A stretch of DNA of 63,610 bases, counting the filler, from Chiloscyllium plagiosum (Eukaryota): NCBI RefSeq assembly GCF_004010195.1. It is 4 parts of one record of this genome, joined end to end, with 100 filler letters (N's around TTAATTAATTAA, not from the genome) between each part and the next. Parts side by side here need not be neighbours in the genome. Positions count along the whole stretch, not along the records: positions 11,645 to 42,894 come from NC_057713.1; positions 42,995 to 55,905 come from NC_057713.1; 2 more parts are not named here. One strand, written 5' to 3'. A model generated the notes under the pieces. It was given only the letters and a program-made list of their open reading frames with translations. It was not told the origin of the DNA and did not search any database. Within the stretch, counting starts at the first letter, position 1. Each line of letters begins with the position of its first letter. The translations under genes and the position numbers were made by a program. Shown here in pieces: positions 34,561 through 49,149 of the stretch.

Positions 34561-37179
34561 TCATATGAGAAAATGAGCGGCCATCTTGAACCGCTGCAGT
34601 CCATGGGCTGTAGGTAGACCCACAATGCCCTTAGGGAGGGAGTTCCAGGATTTTGACTCAGTGACAGTGAAGGAATGGCAACATATATCCAAATCATGAT
34701 GGTGAGTGGCTTGGAGGGGAACTTGTAGCGGGTGATGTTCCAATATATCTGCTGCCTTTGTCCTTCCAGATGGAAGTGATCATGGGTTTGGAAGGTTTTG
34801 TCTGAGGAGCTAAGATAGAGATGCAGCAGATCAAATCCTGTTCATAATCACCGCTCTACTCATCGTGCTTAAAATATCTTCTGGTCCAGTTGAGCTGTGA
34901 TTTTAAAATGTTCATCATTGTTTCAAAGTCCTTCTCTGGCTTTGTCCTCTCCCTAACTCTGAAGCATCCTCCAGCTCTACGACCCTCAATGGTGGCCACA
35001 CTCATCCAACCCGAGTTTCCTGAACATCCCCTGATTTTAGCCATCCGAGTTGCTGTCCGTGCCTTTAGGTGCCTGGGCCCAAGGCTCCAGCCTGCTGTCT
35101 AATACCCTCTCCACTTACCTCACCTCCTTTAGTGTGCACCTCAAATCCTAACTCTTTCACCAAGCGTTCACAGATCCGTATCCTGATTGCTTCCGGAACA
35201 AGGCATCCAAGGTTAGCAACCGACTGTTAGAAAAAGGGATAAGAATCGATAGGTGCCTGGTCTTGACTGGACAGACTTGATGGGCTGAACAATCTTTCCA
35301 CAGGTTCATTGTTCTCTGGAACTAGTGGGATTCATTCTGCTTCTTAAGGAAGTTGAGACCTGAATATGCACACTGGCTTCAGTATGGGGACTGCTGATTG
35401 CAAATGACATATATCTTTTCAACTGTCTTATACTCCCAGAGTTTCCACGTATCTTTTAGCATTCCTTTGTTCCTGATAGTTCTTCCACATATTATCTCAT
35501 CTCTGCAGATTGTAACTTCTGTCCAGACTAATATCGGGAATGAGCCGATTGCCTTATGAGGAAAGGCTAGACAGGGCTGGGGCCTGTATCCTCTTGAGTT
35601 TACAAGAGTCAAAGGTGACTGGATTGAAACATGTAAGCAACTGAGAGGCTTGACCGAGTGGGTGTTCAACGGATATTTCCTCTTGTGGGAGAGTCTAGAG
35701 CTAGGGGTCACTGTTTAAAAATACCCATTTACAATAGATATGAGCAATCATGTTTTTCTCTCAGCAGGTCATGACTCTTTGGAATTCACTTCCTTAAAAG
35801 GCAGTAGATGCAGAATCTTTAAATATTTTTAAGACAGAGAGAGATAGATTTTTGATTCCCAAGGGAGTGAATGATTTTCGGGGGATTATGCATGAAGGTA
35901 AGTGTTTACATTAAAAGCAGATCAGCCATGAACAGGCTAGAATGTGGCCTACTCTTGTTTCTTGTTTGCACATCTCTCTGTTCCTTCAGCCACAGTAAAT
36001 TGCCGGACAGGAAGTGACCTATGCATTTGTATCAAGCTTAAAGTAAGTAGTGTCCATTGACATAAGGAGGTTCTGTGAATCTCAGATCACTGTTATCTTT
36101 TATAAAGGAGATTGCTGTATCAAATTCAGGTCCTTACACATGTAGCACCCTACTTTTCTACATCTCTGTATCTCTGTGTGGCTTCAGTTCTGTCTGTTTG
36201 AGTTTGAGTCAATCCTCTACCTTCATCAGAAAGTACAATTTTGCCTATCCTGTATCTTAGGAAATTGTATCTTTTCCAGTTTTTCTCACTGCGCTGATTA
36301 ATTTGATCAGTGTAAAGCTGTTTTAAATGTGTATTGCTTGTAACCTGCTGTTCCTTAGGCTTATATTCTTAAGTTGGCGAGTACTGTTTTATATTGAATG
36401 ACTGAAGAGTCTGCAAATCTCTGCAGTTTTTCCTTTATTTGCCTGCATTTTAAAGCTTTGTGTTGCTATATGCCTATGTTAAATTCAATAAAATTTTAAA
36501 TTGGATAGAGTAACTCTTCTGTCAAAGCTTACAGCTTTCAGATTTTTAAAATCGGTTTCTTTGTATCTGCTGCTGTTTATCCATCCTGCTTGTTGGGGTT
36601 TCTTGCATTTTTACAGGGTTTCCCCACAGTCATTAATAAGAAAAAAACAGTTTCTTTTCATGTTCTCTCACCTGTGGTGGACTCCTTCCTGAGTGTGATT
36701 GATGTTTTCCCACCTTTCATAATCTCAAACACAAAGCATTCGATTTTACACAAACTGTTACATACATTTCTCTAGTTGCAGTCTTCATAAATCTTCCCAC
36801 TAAAACTGCAGCTTCATTATTGTGTCCCAGTCCAGTTTAACCTCCTCCCAGTGGAGACCAGGCAGATGCCAGTCTTCAGTCAATTCAGTCTGCTGCTGCT
36901 CCTGGCCTGCCCTCCTGCACACTCCATTGAAGCAGGACGGATCCCCTGGCTTGATGGCAATGGTTTAGTGGGGGATATGCCAGGCCATGATGTTGGGTTG
37001 TTACATATAAAGCCTCGTTTGCTAAAGTCTCTATAGTCTCAAAGTATTCTTGTGTTCTCTCTCTGTTCCTCATTTCACACTCTTTCTCTAGTGTTTCTTA
37101 CCAGTTTCTGAATGAATTTTGGCTCTGGACGCTGAGCCTTGCTGTTTTACAGTTGTCTCTCACTCTGTCGACAATCACA

Positions 37180-38135
37180 TAGAAGCACAGGTATAGTAGT
37201 AGGCCATTCAGCCCTTCAAGCCTACTCCACCGTTCAAAATGGCCAATCGTGCAATCTCAGTATCCCATTCCTGCTTTCTCTCCCTTTGATCCTTTAGCTG
37301 CAAGGGACACATATAGCTCCCTCTTGAATCTACCTAATGAATTGACCCCAACAGCTTCCTGTGGAAGAGAATTCCACAGGTTCATAACACTCTGAGTGAA
37401 GAAATTCTTCATCATCTCAGTCCTGAATGGCTTACCCTTTATTCTTAAACTACATGACCCCCCTAGTTCTGGATTTCCCAACATTGGGACCATTCTTCCC
37501 ACATCTGGCCTGTCCAGCCCCATCAGGATTTTATATGCTTCCATGTGCTCCCCCCTCATTCTTCTAAATCCCAGCGAGTACAAGCCCATTTGATCCAGTC
37601 TTTCCTCATATGTCAGTCCTGCCATCCCGGGAATCAATATGATGAACCTTTGGTGGACTCCCTCAATGGCAAGAATGCCCTTCCTCAGATTGGGAGACCA
37701 AAACTGCCCGCAATACTCAAGGTCTGGCCTCACCAAGGCCCTGTATCATTGTAGCAAGACATCGGGGTGGCATGGTGGCTCAGTTTTTAGCACTGCTGCC
37801 TCACAGCACCAGGGACCCAGGTTCAATTCCAGCCTCAGGCAACTGTCTGTGTGGAGTTTGCACATTCTCCCCGTGTCTGCGTGGGTTCCCTCCGGGTGCT
37901 CCGGTTTCTTCCCACAGTCCAAAGATGTGCAGGTCAGGTGATTTGGCCATGCTAAATTGCCCGTAGTGTTAGGTGCATGAGTCAGGAGTAATTGTAGGGG
38001 AATGGGTCTGGGTGGGTTGCTCTTCGGATGGTCGGTGTGGACTTGTTGGGCCGAAGGGCCTGTATCCACACTGTAGGGAATTTAATCTTTAATCTAATCC
38101 GACACTCGAATCCTCTCACTATGAAGGCCAGCAGG
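37180..38135 (-). mobile_element. CR1 3' part interrupted by a SINE
   Basis: ORF 37257-37736 VRPDLEYCGQFWSP..RRMRGE..NLWNSLP. Confidence 0.9.
37765..38097 (+). mobile_element. Full-length HE1-like V-SINE
   Basis: A/B boxes, complete V-domain and CR1-derived tail. Confidence 0.92.
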
Positions 38136-38659
38136 ACATTGTCTGACTCTCTGTGTCTTCTTAAATAAAACTGCTCATAAAGCAATGAACACAATCGCTT
38201 GAAATATTTTCATCTGGGGATCTTCTCCTCTTGGTGAGGGTCCAATCCACAATTGAGAATGCATTTCCCCAGATGACCATTCCTGGCACATCATGTCTAC
38301 TTGCCCTCCTCCGATCTGTGAGACTAGTTAAGGGAGGTTTGAGGTAGTTCCCTGACAGCAAGCCTCCTTTGTCTCTGCTTTCTCATAGACTTCGAGTAGG
38401 AGGACTCACCACTCTCCAGCATCTTAAATACTGAGAATGCATGTTAGCAATAAGCACAGCAACATTTGGTCAGGTCGGATGGCCAGGAGCTTAGGAAGCT
38501 GTAATAGATACATCTGCTCCCTCTGAAAGACACAGTAAGCCCCTCTTGTATCCACCTACCAATAGTGTGAGACATCAGTTGAATAGATGGAGCAAATATA
38601 ACATGAACATTAACCTTTTCAGAACCATTACAACAAGACAGAATGAGTGAAAGGCCCCC

Positions 38660-40490
38660 ATCCTCGCCTTCATACGTTTCTTCTTCCTTGGGATGAATTT
38701 CTGCTGTATCTCCTGAATTACCCTGAGAAACTCCTGCCATCACTGCTCTGTCTTTCCTGTTAGGCTCCCCGTCCAATCAACTCTCGCCAACTCCTGCCTC
38801 ATCTCTCTGTAGTTTCCTTTGCTCATTTATAATACCATTACATCTGATTCCAATTTCTCCCTCTCAAAATGCGGGGCGAATTCTATCATATCATGGTCAC
38901 TGCTCCTTACGGGGTTCCTTCACCTTAAGCTTCTGCACCAAATCTGCCTCATTACACATCACCAAGCCTGTTCCATATTTGGTTCTACCACAAGCTGCTC
39001 CAAAAAAGCCAAGTCGTAAACATTTCACAAATTCCTTTCCTGGGGATTTACTATTAATCTGGTTTTCTCAGTCCACCTTCATATTGAAGTTCCCAACATT
39101 ATTTTAACAGTACCTTTCTTACATGTCTTAGCTATCTCCTGATTTATTTCTTCCCCACATCCTGACTACTGCTAGGAGACCTATACATAACTCCCATCAG
39201 GGTCCTTACTCCTTTGCATTTGAGCTATAGGGAGAGGCTGAATTGGGGCTAATTTCCCTGGAGCATCAGATGCTGAGGGTGACTTTATAGAGATAGTGTG
39301 AATAGCCAAGTTCTTTACCCAGGGCAGGGGAGTCCAAACCTAGAGGGTACAGGTTTATAGTGCAAGTGGAAAGATTTAAGAAGGACCCGATGGGTAACGT
39401 TTTCATGCAGAGGGTATTGAATGAACTGCCAGACAAGGTGGTGGAGGCTGGTACAATTACAACATTTAAGAGGCATCTGGATGCGTTTATGACTGGGAAG
39501 GGTTTGGATGGATTTGGGCCTAGGTCAGTTTAGGATATCTGCTCAGCACAGACAAGTTGGACCGAAGGGTCAGTTTCCATGCTGTACATCTCTATGACTC
39601 TATAACTGGGGAAGGAGGGAACTGTTTCAATTGGATGGGCACCTCCTGAATGATCGTATGACTCGATTAGTGGGGTGGGGAGGAGGGGTTCAGTTGTATG
39701 GTAAGTAATGTAAAAGATGAAGGGGGATGGAAGGCTCAGTTACTAAAGTTACTAAAGGTTACTAAAGTTACCAAAACAACTATTAGGATAGGCAGTCTGG
39801 AAAGGGTGAGAAATATAACTTCAGGTACAACGGATAAGGGAACAACTGTGAGAAGTGGGGCAGTCACTGCAGGACTGAGGGTGTTGGGATTAAATACACA
39901 CAGTAAATGAAACAAGGTAAATGAGTTTATAGTGCAGATTGAAATTGGCGGGTACGATATTCTGGGTATTTTACAGACATGGCTGCAAATGGATATGGTC
40001 CCATTTGTCAGCACTTGGTCCATATCCCTCCAAACCCTTCCTATCCATATACCCATCCCAGTGCCTTTTAAATGCTGTAATTGTACCAGCCTCCACCACT
40101 TCCAAATACGCACCACCCTCAGTGTGGAAACGTTGCCCCTTAGGTCTCTTTTATATCTTTCCCCTCTCACCCTAAACCTATGCCCTCTAGTTCTGGACTC
40201 CCCCCACCCCAGGGAAAAGACCTTGCCTATTTATCCTATCCATGCATGAATTTAAACTGCTTCTCCCACATCAACCTTTGAGACACATGATAACCTCCTT
40301 AATCTTGTTGACCCTGTGCTAATTTGCTTATGGCTCAGGGAGGAGTCCAGAGATTATGATTACCTTTTTGGTTCTGCTTTCTAATATAGCCCCTAACTGT
40401 TCATATTCCCTCAGTAGAACCTCTTTCTCTCTTTATTATTGATACATACGTGGATCAAAGTAACTGGATCTTTCCCCGCCCACTCAATGC
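38660..40490. mobile_element. Mosaic of CR1 fragments in both orientations (endonuclease, ORF1/ORF2 junction, HER1-like 3' ends)
   Basis: QIEIGGYDILGI..TWL motif; HER1-like 3' ends at 39220-39605 (+) and 39995-40245 (-). Confidence 0.7.
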
Positions 40491-40591
40491 TCTTCTGATT
40501 TTTTAAAACATTTATTTTTAAGATACGGGCTGTGCTGGCTGGGCCAACATTTATAGTCCATTCTCAATTGCCCTTGCGAAGGTGTTGGTAG

Positions 40592-40870
40592 GTGTGGCAC
40601 GGTGGCTCAGTGGTTAGCACTGCTGCCTCACAACACCAGGGTCCCAGGTTCGATTCTGGCCTCGGGCGACTGTCTGTGTGGAGTTTGCACATTCTCCCCG
40701 TGTCTGCGGTTTCCTTCCATAGTCCAAAGGTGTGCAGGCCAGGTGAATTAGCATGCTAAATTGTCCATAGTTGTTCGGTGCATTAGTCGTAGGAGGGTGG
40801 GTTACTCTTCGGAGGGTCTGTGTAGACTTGTTGGGCTGAAGGACCTGTTTCCACACTGTAGGGAATCTAG
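40592..40870 (+). mobile_element. HE1-like V-SINE
   Basis: GGCACGGTGGCTCAGTGGTTAGCAC..GGTTCGATTC head and V-domain. Confidence 0.92.
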
Positions 40871-41039
40871 TCTTTTAGAGCTGTTGCAGACATAGCAACA
40901 TTAAGGAGAGAGACACAGGATTATCTCCCGTGGACACTGAAAGAGCAGTGATGTATTTCCAAGTTGGGGTAGGGGGTGGTGCGTGGTGAGGATGTTAAGA
41001 CCATAAGACCATGAAAGATAGGAGCAGGAGGGGCTTGCT

Positions 41040-41472
41040 TGGCATCCCCATGCTCGACACAAGACTCCCCAAGCAGGTGCCATACTCCCAGCTCCAAATT
41101 AGCAGGCGAGCCCCAGGTGGACGGAGGAAGTTCTTCAAGGAGGATACCGCTCCAGGCCTCACTGGTGGAAGTGCAGCATTCCCACCGACACCTGAGAATC
41201 ACTGGCATGAGACCGTCCGAAATGGACGAGGAGCATCCGGGAAGGTGTCGAGCACCTCGAGACTTGCCGTCGGGAAAAAGCCAGGGGAAACAATGGAAGG
41301 AGCGCGCTGTCACACCAACGCCCCATCCACCGCTTCCCACAATCACCTTCTGCCCCAAGCATACCGGAGCCTGTGATTGGCTCATCAGTCTGTACAGCCA
41401 TCTGCAGACTCACCCTGAGAGTGGGAGAGAGACCTCCCCATCTGCAAAGGACCCCTGATGGACGAATGAATG
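41040..41472 (+). mobile_element. RTE-clade LINE 3' end
   Basis: Frameshifted RLPKQV.YS.L...RR.PGG.RK.FK.., ASL, C-terminal C..C-like segment and LYSHLQTH, as in RTE ORF C-termini. Confidence 0.75.
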
Positions 41473-43529
41473 AGCCTGCTCCTCCATTCAATAGGATCAT
41501 GACTGATCCGACATTCCTCACATTCAACATCCTGCCCTTTTCTTGAATCCCTTTCTGAATAGATTGGTTGGAGAACGAGCAGATGGTGACATCCTCTTGG
41601 ATTTGGTGCTGCTGATTCAACCCGTCTTTGGCAGCACAGATTGTTACCTGCGGGAACACTAGCTTTCATTGAGACAATTTGTCCTCCTAGTTTGACCCTT
41701 TTTGGTAACATCCTGGGGCGAATGTTTCCCTCCATTCCAAGCGTGAATGTTTTGAAGGACTTGCTGAATGCACCAATGTACAGCAGCACTGTAAGTGACC
41801 TTTGTGCTCTCGAAATGGATGTGAACACTATCTGCAGTAACTAGCCAATTAATTTTATTTTGCCCCCTCTTCCAGAATTTGAGCTGCAATGTTTTGTTTG
41901 TATCCATAAACCTCAATAAAAAATAATTATGTGCAACAGATGAAGGGTTGCAATGGTTTTCACTTTGTTCAGCAGAAGGCTAATTGTCTCAGCCAGCATG
42001 GTCCCTTTTATATTGGGAAAAATGATAATTGAATGTACTGTTTATTTAAAGTTTAATTATTCCTCCTTGGCAGAAGTACGTCAATCACAGCATTCATCTG
42101 AACTAATATCTGGCTAAGTAGATTTGTTAGGTACAAGTTCATCTTGTTAACAAAATGTCTCCGGCGCACGTGCCTGTCAAGCAAGTGTCATGGATATTGG
42201 AAATGAAACAAAGCAGGACTGAGCTCAGGCAGCAGTAAGCCTTCTCACTGAGATCGAAACAGTCGACCTGAGACTCACTCAGGCCTGTCCTCCAGCTCAC
42301 TCCAGTCAGATTACATCATTCCTACGCCTCTTCCCACACAATCCCCTCACCCCAACAGCCACCTGTAACACAAAACCATGAGGCGGATCTCAGGTCGGTT
42401 TAACCGTTTAATATTTGATGCGAGATGGCTAATGATCGTTGTATCTGTCTGCTAGCCCGATATCTGTCTGCCACTCACCTCCTCCACCATTTGTAAAATT
42501 GTTAATGTGCAGAAGGAGGCTATTTGGCCCATCGTACCAGCACTGGCTCTTCAAATCAGCATTCTTACCTGATGCCAATCTCTTCCCCATATCCCTGCAC
42601 ATCATTTCTATCCCAACAACCATCCAATGACCCTCTTGAATGTCTCAGTTGAACCTGCCTCCCCCAGACTCGAACTACTTTCTGGCTGAGAATGTTTGTC
42701 CTCCCATCACCCTCGCACATCACTTTATATCCATGCCCTCTCAATCTTCTTTCTTTTCCCAGTAGGTACACCTTCTCCCTATCTGCTCCACCCAGTCCCC
42801 TCAAGGTTTTATAAATGTCTATCTCTTGGCCCTCTTCTTTCTAAGGGGAACAGTCCCAACTTCTTCACTCCATCTTCAGTATGATCATGCCGATNNNNNN
42901 NNNNNNNNNNNNNNNNNNNNNNNNNNNNNNNNNNNNNNTTAATTAATTAANNNNNNNNNNNNNNNNNNNNNNNNNNNNNNNNNNNNNNNNNNNNGAGACA
43001 GAGCTGGGGTTAAGGGTGAGGAAGATACAGAGGCTGTGGCTGAGGAGTAGAGGGAGACAGAGACAGGGGTTGAGGGTGACAGAGAGACAGAGGCTGGAAC
43101 TGACAGTTCAGAGCTTGCTCTCCCAGGGTATCTGCAGACTCGGCCTCCTGTCCTCGGCGCCCTGTCCTGTCCCGGTGCTGCCCAGGAAGGGGCAGTGGGT
43201 GGAGCTGGGAGGTTCTGTCCTCGGGATGGGGAGGGTTAGCTGCTGTGTGCCTGGACCCAGTGAGGGCAGAGTTAATGGGGGAGCTGCAGCTAGTGGGGGA
43301 AACAGCAATTCAGCAAAGCTGTCTGGAGAGTGACACAAAGAGACTCATCATCACCCACACATTTCCCATCATCACCAGGTGGTGGTTACAATCTCCATAC
43401 GTAAGGATTGGGTAAGGACAGAAGATTTCTCTTCCTAACAGGGATTTGTGAACCTGGTGGGAGTTTATAACAGTCAATGATAGTTTGATTCTCACCATTA
43501 CTGAGATCAGCTTACAAACTGCCATAGAC

Positions 43530-46500
43530 CATAGGAAATGACAACAGGACTAGGCCATTCGGCCCCTCAAGGCTGCTCCCCCATTCAATAGGATCATGGC
43601 TGATCCAACATTCCTCACACCTACCTTCCTGCCCTTTCCCTCGATTACCCGACTGATCGAGAATCTATCGATCTCAGCCTTAAATATACACAAGGAGTTC
43701 CAAAGACCCCCAACCCTCTGAGAGAAGAAATTCCTCCTCATCTCAGTCTGAAATCGGTGCCCCTTTATTCTGTACCCTTCTGTACCCTCTGGTCCTAGAC
43801 TCTCCCATGACAGGAAACATCTTCTCAGCATTTACTTTAAGAAGTCGATATGTTTCAGCGGAATCATCTCTTATTCTACTCCAGTGAGTAGAGACCCAAC
43901 CTGTTTAACCTTTGCCCATGAGACAATCCCTCCATCCCAGGAATCATCTGAGGGAACCTTCTCTCTCTCACCTGCCTCCAAAGAAATGATATGCCTGCAT
44001 AAATAAGGGGTCCAAAACTGCTCACAGTGCTCCAGATGTGGTCTCCCCAGCATCTTGTACAGTCACAGTAAGACTTCCCCAATCTTATACTCCAACCCCC
44101 TTGTAATAAGGGCTAACATTCCTGAGGGCCTGCTGCCCCAGTGTGCTTGCTTTGGTGTGTTTTGTGTACAAGTCTCCCCCAGGTTCCTTTGTGCTGCAGC
44201 TTTCTGCAGGTTTTCTCCATTTAAATAATATTCTGTTCTTTTGTTCTCCCTTCCAAAAAAAACTTTGCATTTTCTCACATTATACTCCATTTGCCACCAG
44301 TTTGCCCATTTAATTCCTATCAATATCTCTTTGTAAACTGTATCCCTCTCACAATTTGCCTTTCCACCTGTTTTTCTGTAATCTGCAAATTTGGCCCCAG
44401 TACATTCACTTCCTTCCTCAAAGTCATTAATGTGGAGTCATAGAGTCCGGCAGCTTGGAAACAGACCCTTTGACCCAACTAGTCCATAATCCCAAACCAA
44501 ACTAGTCCCACCTGCCCACTCCTGGCCCATATCCCTCCAACCTTTTCCTACTTATGTACTTATCCAAGCGTCTTTTAAACATTATAATTGTACCCACATC
44601 CATCACTTCCTCAGGAAGTTCATTCCTCACATGAACCATTCTCTGTGTAAAAAGTTTGCCTCTCATGTCTTTTTAAATCTCTCTCCTCTCACCATTAAAA
44701 ATGTATCCCCGAGTCTTGAAATCACCCCATTCTAAGGAAAAGACAACTACCATTAACTTATCTGTACCCCTCATTATTTTACAAACTTCTATCAGGTCGC
44801 TTCGCAACTTCCTACTCTCTAGTGAAGAAAGCCCCAGCCTATCCAGCCTTTCTCTATAACTCAAACCTTCCATACCCAGCAACCATCCTGGTAAATCTCT
44901 TCTGAACCCATTCCAGCTTAATAATGTCCTTCCTATAACGGGATGACCAGAACTGGACAAAGTATTCCAGAAGTGGCCTCACCAATGTCCTGTACCTCAA
45001 CAGGATGCAGAGCTGGGCTGAGAAAAGGCAGATGGAGTTCAACTTGGATAAATGCAAAGTGATGCATTTTGGAAGGTCGAACTTGAATGCTGAATATAGG
45101 ATTAAAGACAGGATTCTTGGCAGAATGGAGGAAAAGAGGGATCTGGGTGTGCAGGTACATAGATCCCTCAAAGTTGCCACCAAAGTGGATAGGGTTGTTA
45201 AGAAAGCATATGGTGTTTTGGCTTTCATTAACAGGGGTATCCAGTTTAAGAGCCGCGAGGTTTTGCTGCAGCTCTACAAGTTCCTGGTGAGACCACACTT
45301 GGAATATTGTGTCCAGTTCTGGTCGCCCTACTATAGGAAAGATACAGAGGCTTTGGAGAGGGTGCAAAGAAGGGTGCTTGGATGCTGCCTGGACTGGAGG
45401 GCTTGCCATATGAAGAAAGGTTGAATAAGCTCAGACTTTTCTTTCTGAAGAGAAGGAGGAAGAGAGGAGATCTGATCAAGGTGTACAAATTAATGAGAGG
45501 CATGGATAGAGTCAATAGCCAGAGACCTTTCCCCAGGGCAGGATTGACTGGTATGAGAAGTCATAGTTTGAAGATATTAGGAGGAAGGTATAAAGGAGAC
45601 ATCAGAGGTAGGTTCTTTACGCAGAGAGTTGTGAATGCATGGAATGCGTTGCCAGTTGAGGTGGTGAAAGCAAAGTCATTGGGGACATTTAAGCAACTGC
45701 TGGACATGCACATGGATAGCAGTGAATTGAGGGATGCGTAAGTTAAGTTACTATATTTTACATTCGGATTAAATCTTAGCACAACATCGTGGGCCTAAGG
45801 GCCTGTTCTGTGCTGTACTTTTCTATGTTCTATGTTCTATAAAGTCCCAACTGTGATACTCAAAAGACTGAACAGTGATAGTCCCAGCACTGACGCATGT
45901 GGAACCCCACTGGTCATAGGTCATGAACATGGAAGAGAACTCCTGATCCCCACTCACTGTTTCCTGCCCAGCAGCCACTTCCCTATTCATGTCAATATAC
46001 TACCTCCAACACCATGTGCTCTTATCTTACCACAATGTTTTGTGAGGTACCTTGTCAAATGCCTTCTGGAAGTTCAATTACAACACATTCACTGGTTCCC
46101 TATCCACTCTGGTTGAAACCTCCTCAGATTAGTCAGACATGATTCCCCTTTCACAAAGCCATGTTGAACTCTCCTTGATCACATTAAGAGTAAGAACCAA
46201 AAGTCCTGCTAAAACCTCCTTAAGAATTGAGTCCAGTACTTTTCCAATGATACACGTGAAGTTAATTGGCCTATAGTTACTCATTTTTCCCTCCCTCTCT
46301 TTTTGGATAAGGGCGTGACATTGACAGTTTTCCAATCCTATAGTGCTTCCCCAGAATCCAATTGGAAAATTACAACCAATGCATGCACTCACTTTCTCTG
46401 TAGTTATTTCTTTTAGGATGCAAGTCATTGGGGCCAGGGGGCTTATGTGCCTTTAGCCCCATTAGTTTGTCTAATACTACTTCTCTAGTGAGGGTTATGG

Positions 46501-46680
46501 TACTTAATTCCTCCCTTGTATTCTTTAGCATTAATAGGATTTGTTCAAAGGACCTTCCATCAAAAAGACTGATTCAAAGTATTTCTTTAACTCCTCTGCG
46601 ACTTCTGCATTCCCCATAATCATCCCCCTAGATTCATTTTCTGAGGGTCTCTGTCCACTCAGTTCTCTCTCTTCCTGGAT
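43530..46680. mobile_element. Nested CR1 cluster: old minus-strand copy (43530-44430, 45850-46680) with younger inserts (44436-45000 minus, 45003-45840 plus)
   Basis: [36 protein letters not shown] and NYRPI..T.IIGKVL motifs. Confidence 0.88.
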
Positions 46681-46894
46681 GGAGATTGAGCCCATGTGCC
46701 AACCGTACTAGTCAGAGTCTCTTTTTATTAATTCATGGGGTTTGAGCATCGCTGACCAGCCCAGTGTTTTTTGCCCATCCCTAATTACCCAGAGGGCAGT
46801 TACAAGTCAACGACATGGTCTGGAGTCACATGTAGGCCAGACTGGGTAAAAATGGCAGATTTCCTACCCTGAAGCACATTAGTGAACCAGATGG

Positions 46895-47270
46895 GTTAGC
46901 GAGTTTTGAGCAGATCGCTAGTATCCTTACACTTCAACTGGGACAACACATCCATCCTAGGACAAGCCAAACAGAGACATGCACGAGAATTCCTAGGAGC
47001 ATGGCATTCCAAGGGAACTCTGTCAACAAACACACCAATTTGGATCCCATTTACCACCTCCTGAGAAAAAGAACAGGAAATTACATCACCATAGAAAATG
47101 ATGTCACTGCCAGAAATGACATCACCAACCCAAGGAAAACCAAACATATAAATAGAAAGCAGGAAACACCAGCAGTGCTTTGTCCGGAGGCTCACTGAAG
47201 ATGTTACCTAGTAAGGCGACGAAACATCTGAAAAGGAACCTTCCAGCTCAGCAAGCAAACCTACATCCAG
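46895..47270 (+). mobile_element. Penelope (Poseidon-like) 3' fragment with short inverted terminus and hammerhead core
   Basis: Homologous to 10370-10742; UCA-CUGAAGA-U-GUUACC uaguaa GGCGAC-GAAACAUC-UGA at 47192-47231. Confidence 0.85.
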
Positions 47271-49149
47271 AGGTAGATGAGTTTTTGCAACAAAAATGTA
47301 TTAATGGATTCAGCTTTAAATTCCAGATTTTTACTGAATTCACATTTAAATCTCCTGCCGTGGTAGGTTTTGAACCCCAATGCCCAGAATATTAATCTAA
47401 GGCCTCTGGATTGCCAGTCCGGCGATACCACCATTATTGCGGCATCTTCCCCTGTCAGCTTGCTGGGAAACCTCAGCAAGTTATTGCGGTGTACCAGGGA
47501 GACTGAGAGACAGGTGCTGTTTGTGAAACGAACAATGGAATGATAGAAATAGCAGCTACTAGACTGACGGCATCTCTCTCTCCACCTGCCGTCTGATTTG
47601 CACATGAATAACCCTGTGTACATTTTAAAATAATCTCAAGTTCTCAGCAAGAGTTTGTCTATTATTTCAAAGATCTGACTCTCACCTTTCCAATCAGTGC
47701 ATGTTTTACACACCAGCCGATTCCCCTCCTCGACTGAAACTCTCGACACCTCGCCTCTATCAGAATCCATGTGGGTGTTTGCTTTCGCTATATTTGGCCC
47801 AAGTGTTTGTAATCTGAGACAATGAGAGCTGTCAAGTTATTCAATCAAGGGATCTATTAAGTCTGATTCTCCTTTTGCTCGTGCACTCGGGCTGCCAGCA
47901 GGGTTAACACTGAACAACTAAACTCCCTAACTTCCTCTTCCTTGACACCAAGGCCAATTAGAGGCGGAAGATAGAAAACTTACTGCTCACTGAGGAACAG
48001 ACCTAAGCTATTTCATGCCTATCTGGGCCTACCAGTTACAGGATCAGCATTAATGAGTCGTCAAGAGATCAACTATTTTCTTGTTTCAATCAAGTGTTCT
48101 GTCTCTTTGTTGTTCTGGCAACACCTTGGGCCCATATTCACTGGGACTGAGTGGGATGAGAGGGGGATCTGATTAAAGTGGGTAAAGTTCTAGCAGGGCT
48201 GGACAGACTAGATACAGGGAGGATCTTTCCTCCGGTTTGGGGAGTTCAGACCAAGGAGAAACAGTCTCAGGATACGGGATAGACTGCTTAGAACTGAGAG
48301 GGGGAAACATAGCTTCACTCAGAGGGGAGGGAACCTATGGGATTCTCTCCACAAGAGACCAAGTCACTGTGTATATTCAAGGAAGATAGTGATCATTTTT
48401 TTAAAGATTTTTTAGAAGTGTTGTAGGAATTTGGCGTTGAGATAGCGGATCAGCCATGATCATATTGCATGGTGGAGCAGATCTGAAGGGCCGAATGGCC
48501 AATTGCTGATATATTCAGCTTTTCTCAGCTGACCCTTCATCAGAACACTGGATCCATTACATCAACTCTTTTTTTTCTCCCCTCCCCCCACCCCCCGCCG
48601 TGATTCTATCAGACCTGCTGAGTTTCTCCAGCATGTTCTGGTCTTGTTGGCTTGTGATCTCCAGGATCCACAATGCTCTGTTTTATTTTACTATTTCAGT
48701 CTTACCTCTTTGCCCAAGTCTTTTGACGATCTGATCCAACATTGCCTTGTTGGTCTCAGTGCCATACATCGTTGTTAATTCATTCACAGGATTTGGGCTT
48801 CACTGGTATTTATTGGCCAGAGGAAAAGTAAGAGTCAGCACAGTACTGTGGGTTTGTAGGCCAGACCAGGTAAGGACCACAGTGTCTCTCCCTAAAGGAC
48901 GTTAGTGAACCTGATGGATTTTTATGATAATTAACAGTGGCACTACTCGGCATTTATTCAAGAAATTATTGAGTCTAAATTTCACCATTGACTATGGTGG
49001 GATTTGAACCTATGTATCTGGAAGATTAACCTGAGATTCTCGAAGATTTATCTAATGACATTACAACGGCATCCACCTGATTAATGTAATGTTCCTGTAC
49101 ATGCTTTATTAAGAAACTAGGTGAGATGTGACAATTAAATCAGTAATAG

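Noticed and set aside
37765..37845. tRNA-like sequences with A/B boxes (eight copies in the window)
   Set aside because: Each continues into the V-SINE body and CR1-like tail, so these are SINE heads rather than tRNA genes.
41648..41831. Possible 184-nt minus-strand exon (CAG acceptor, CAG/GTAAC donor, open frame IVFTSISRAQRSLTVLLYIGAF...)
   Set aside because: No polypyrimidine tract, no recognisable protein similarity and no partner exons; RNA-seq or BLASTX support would be needed.
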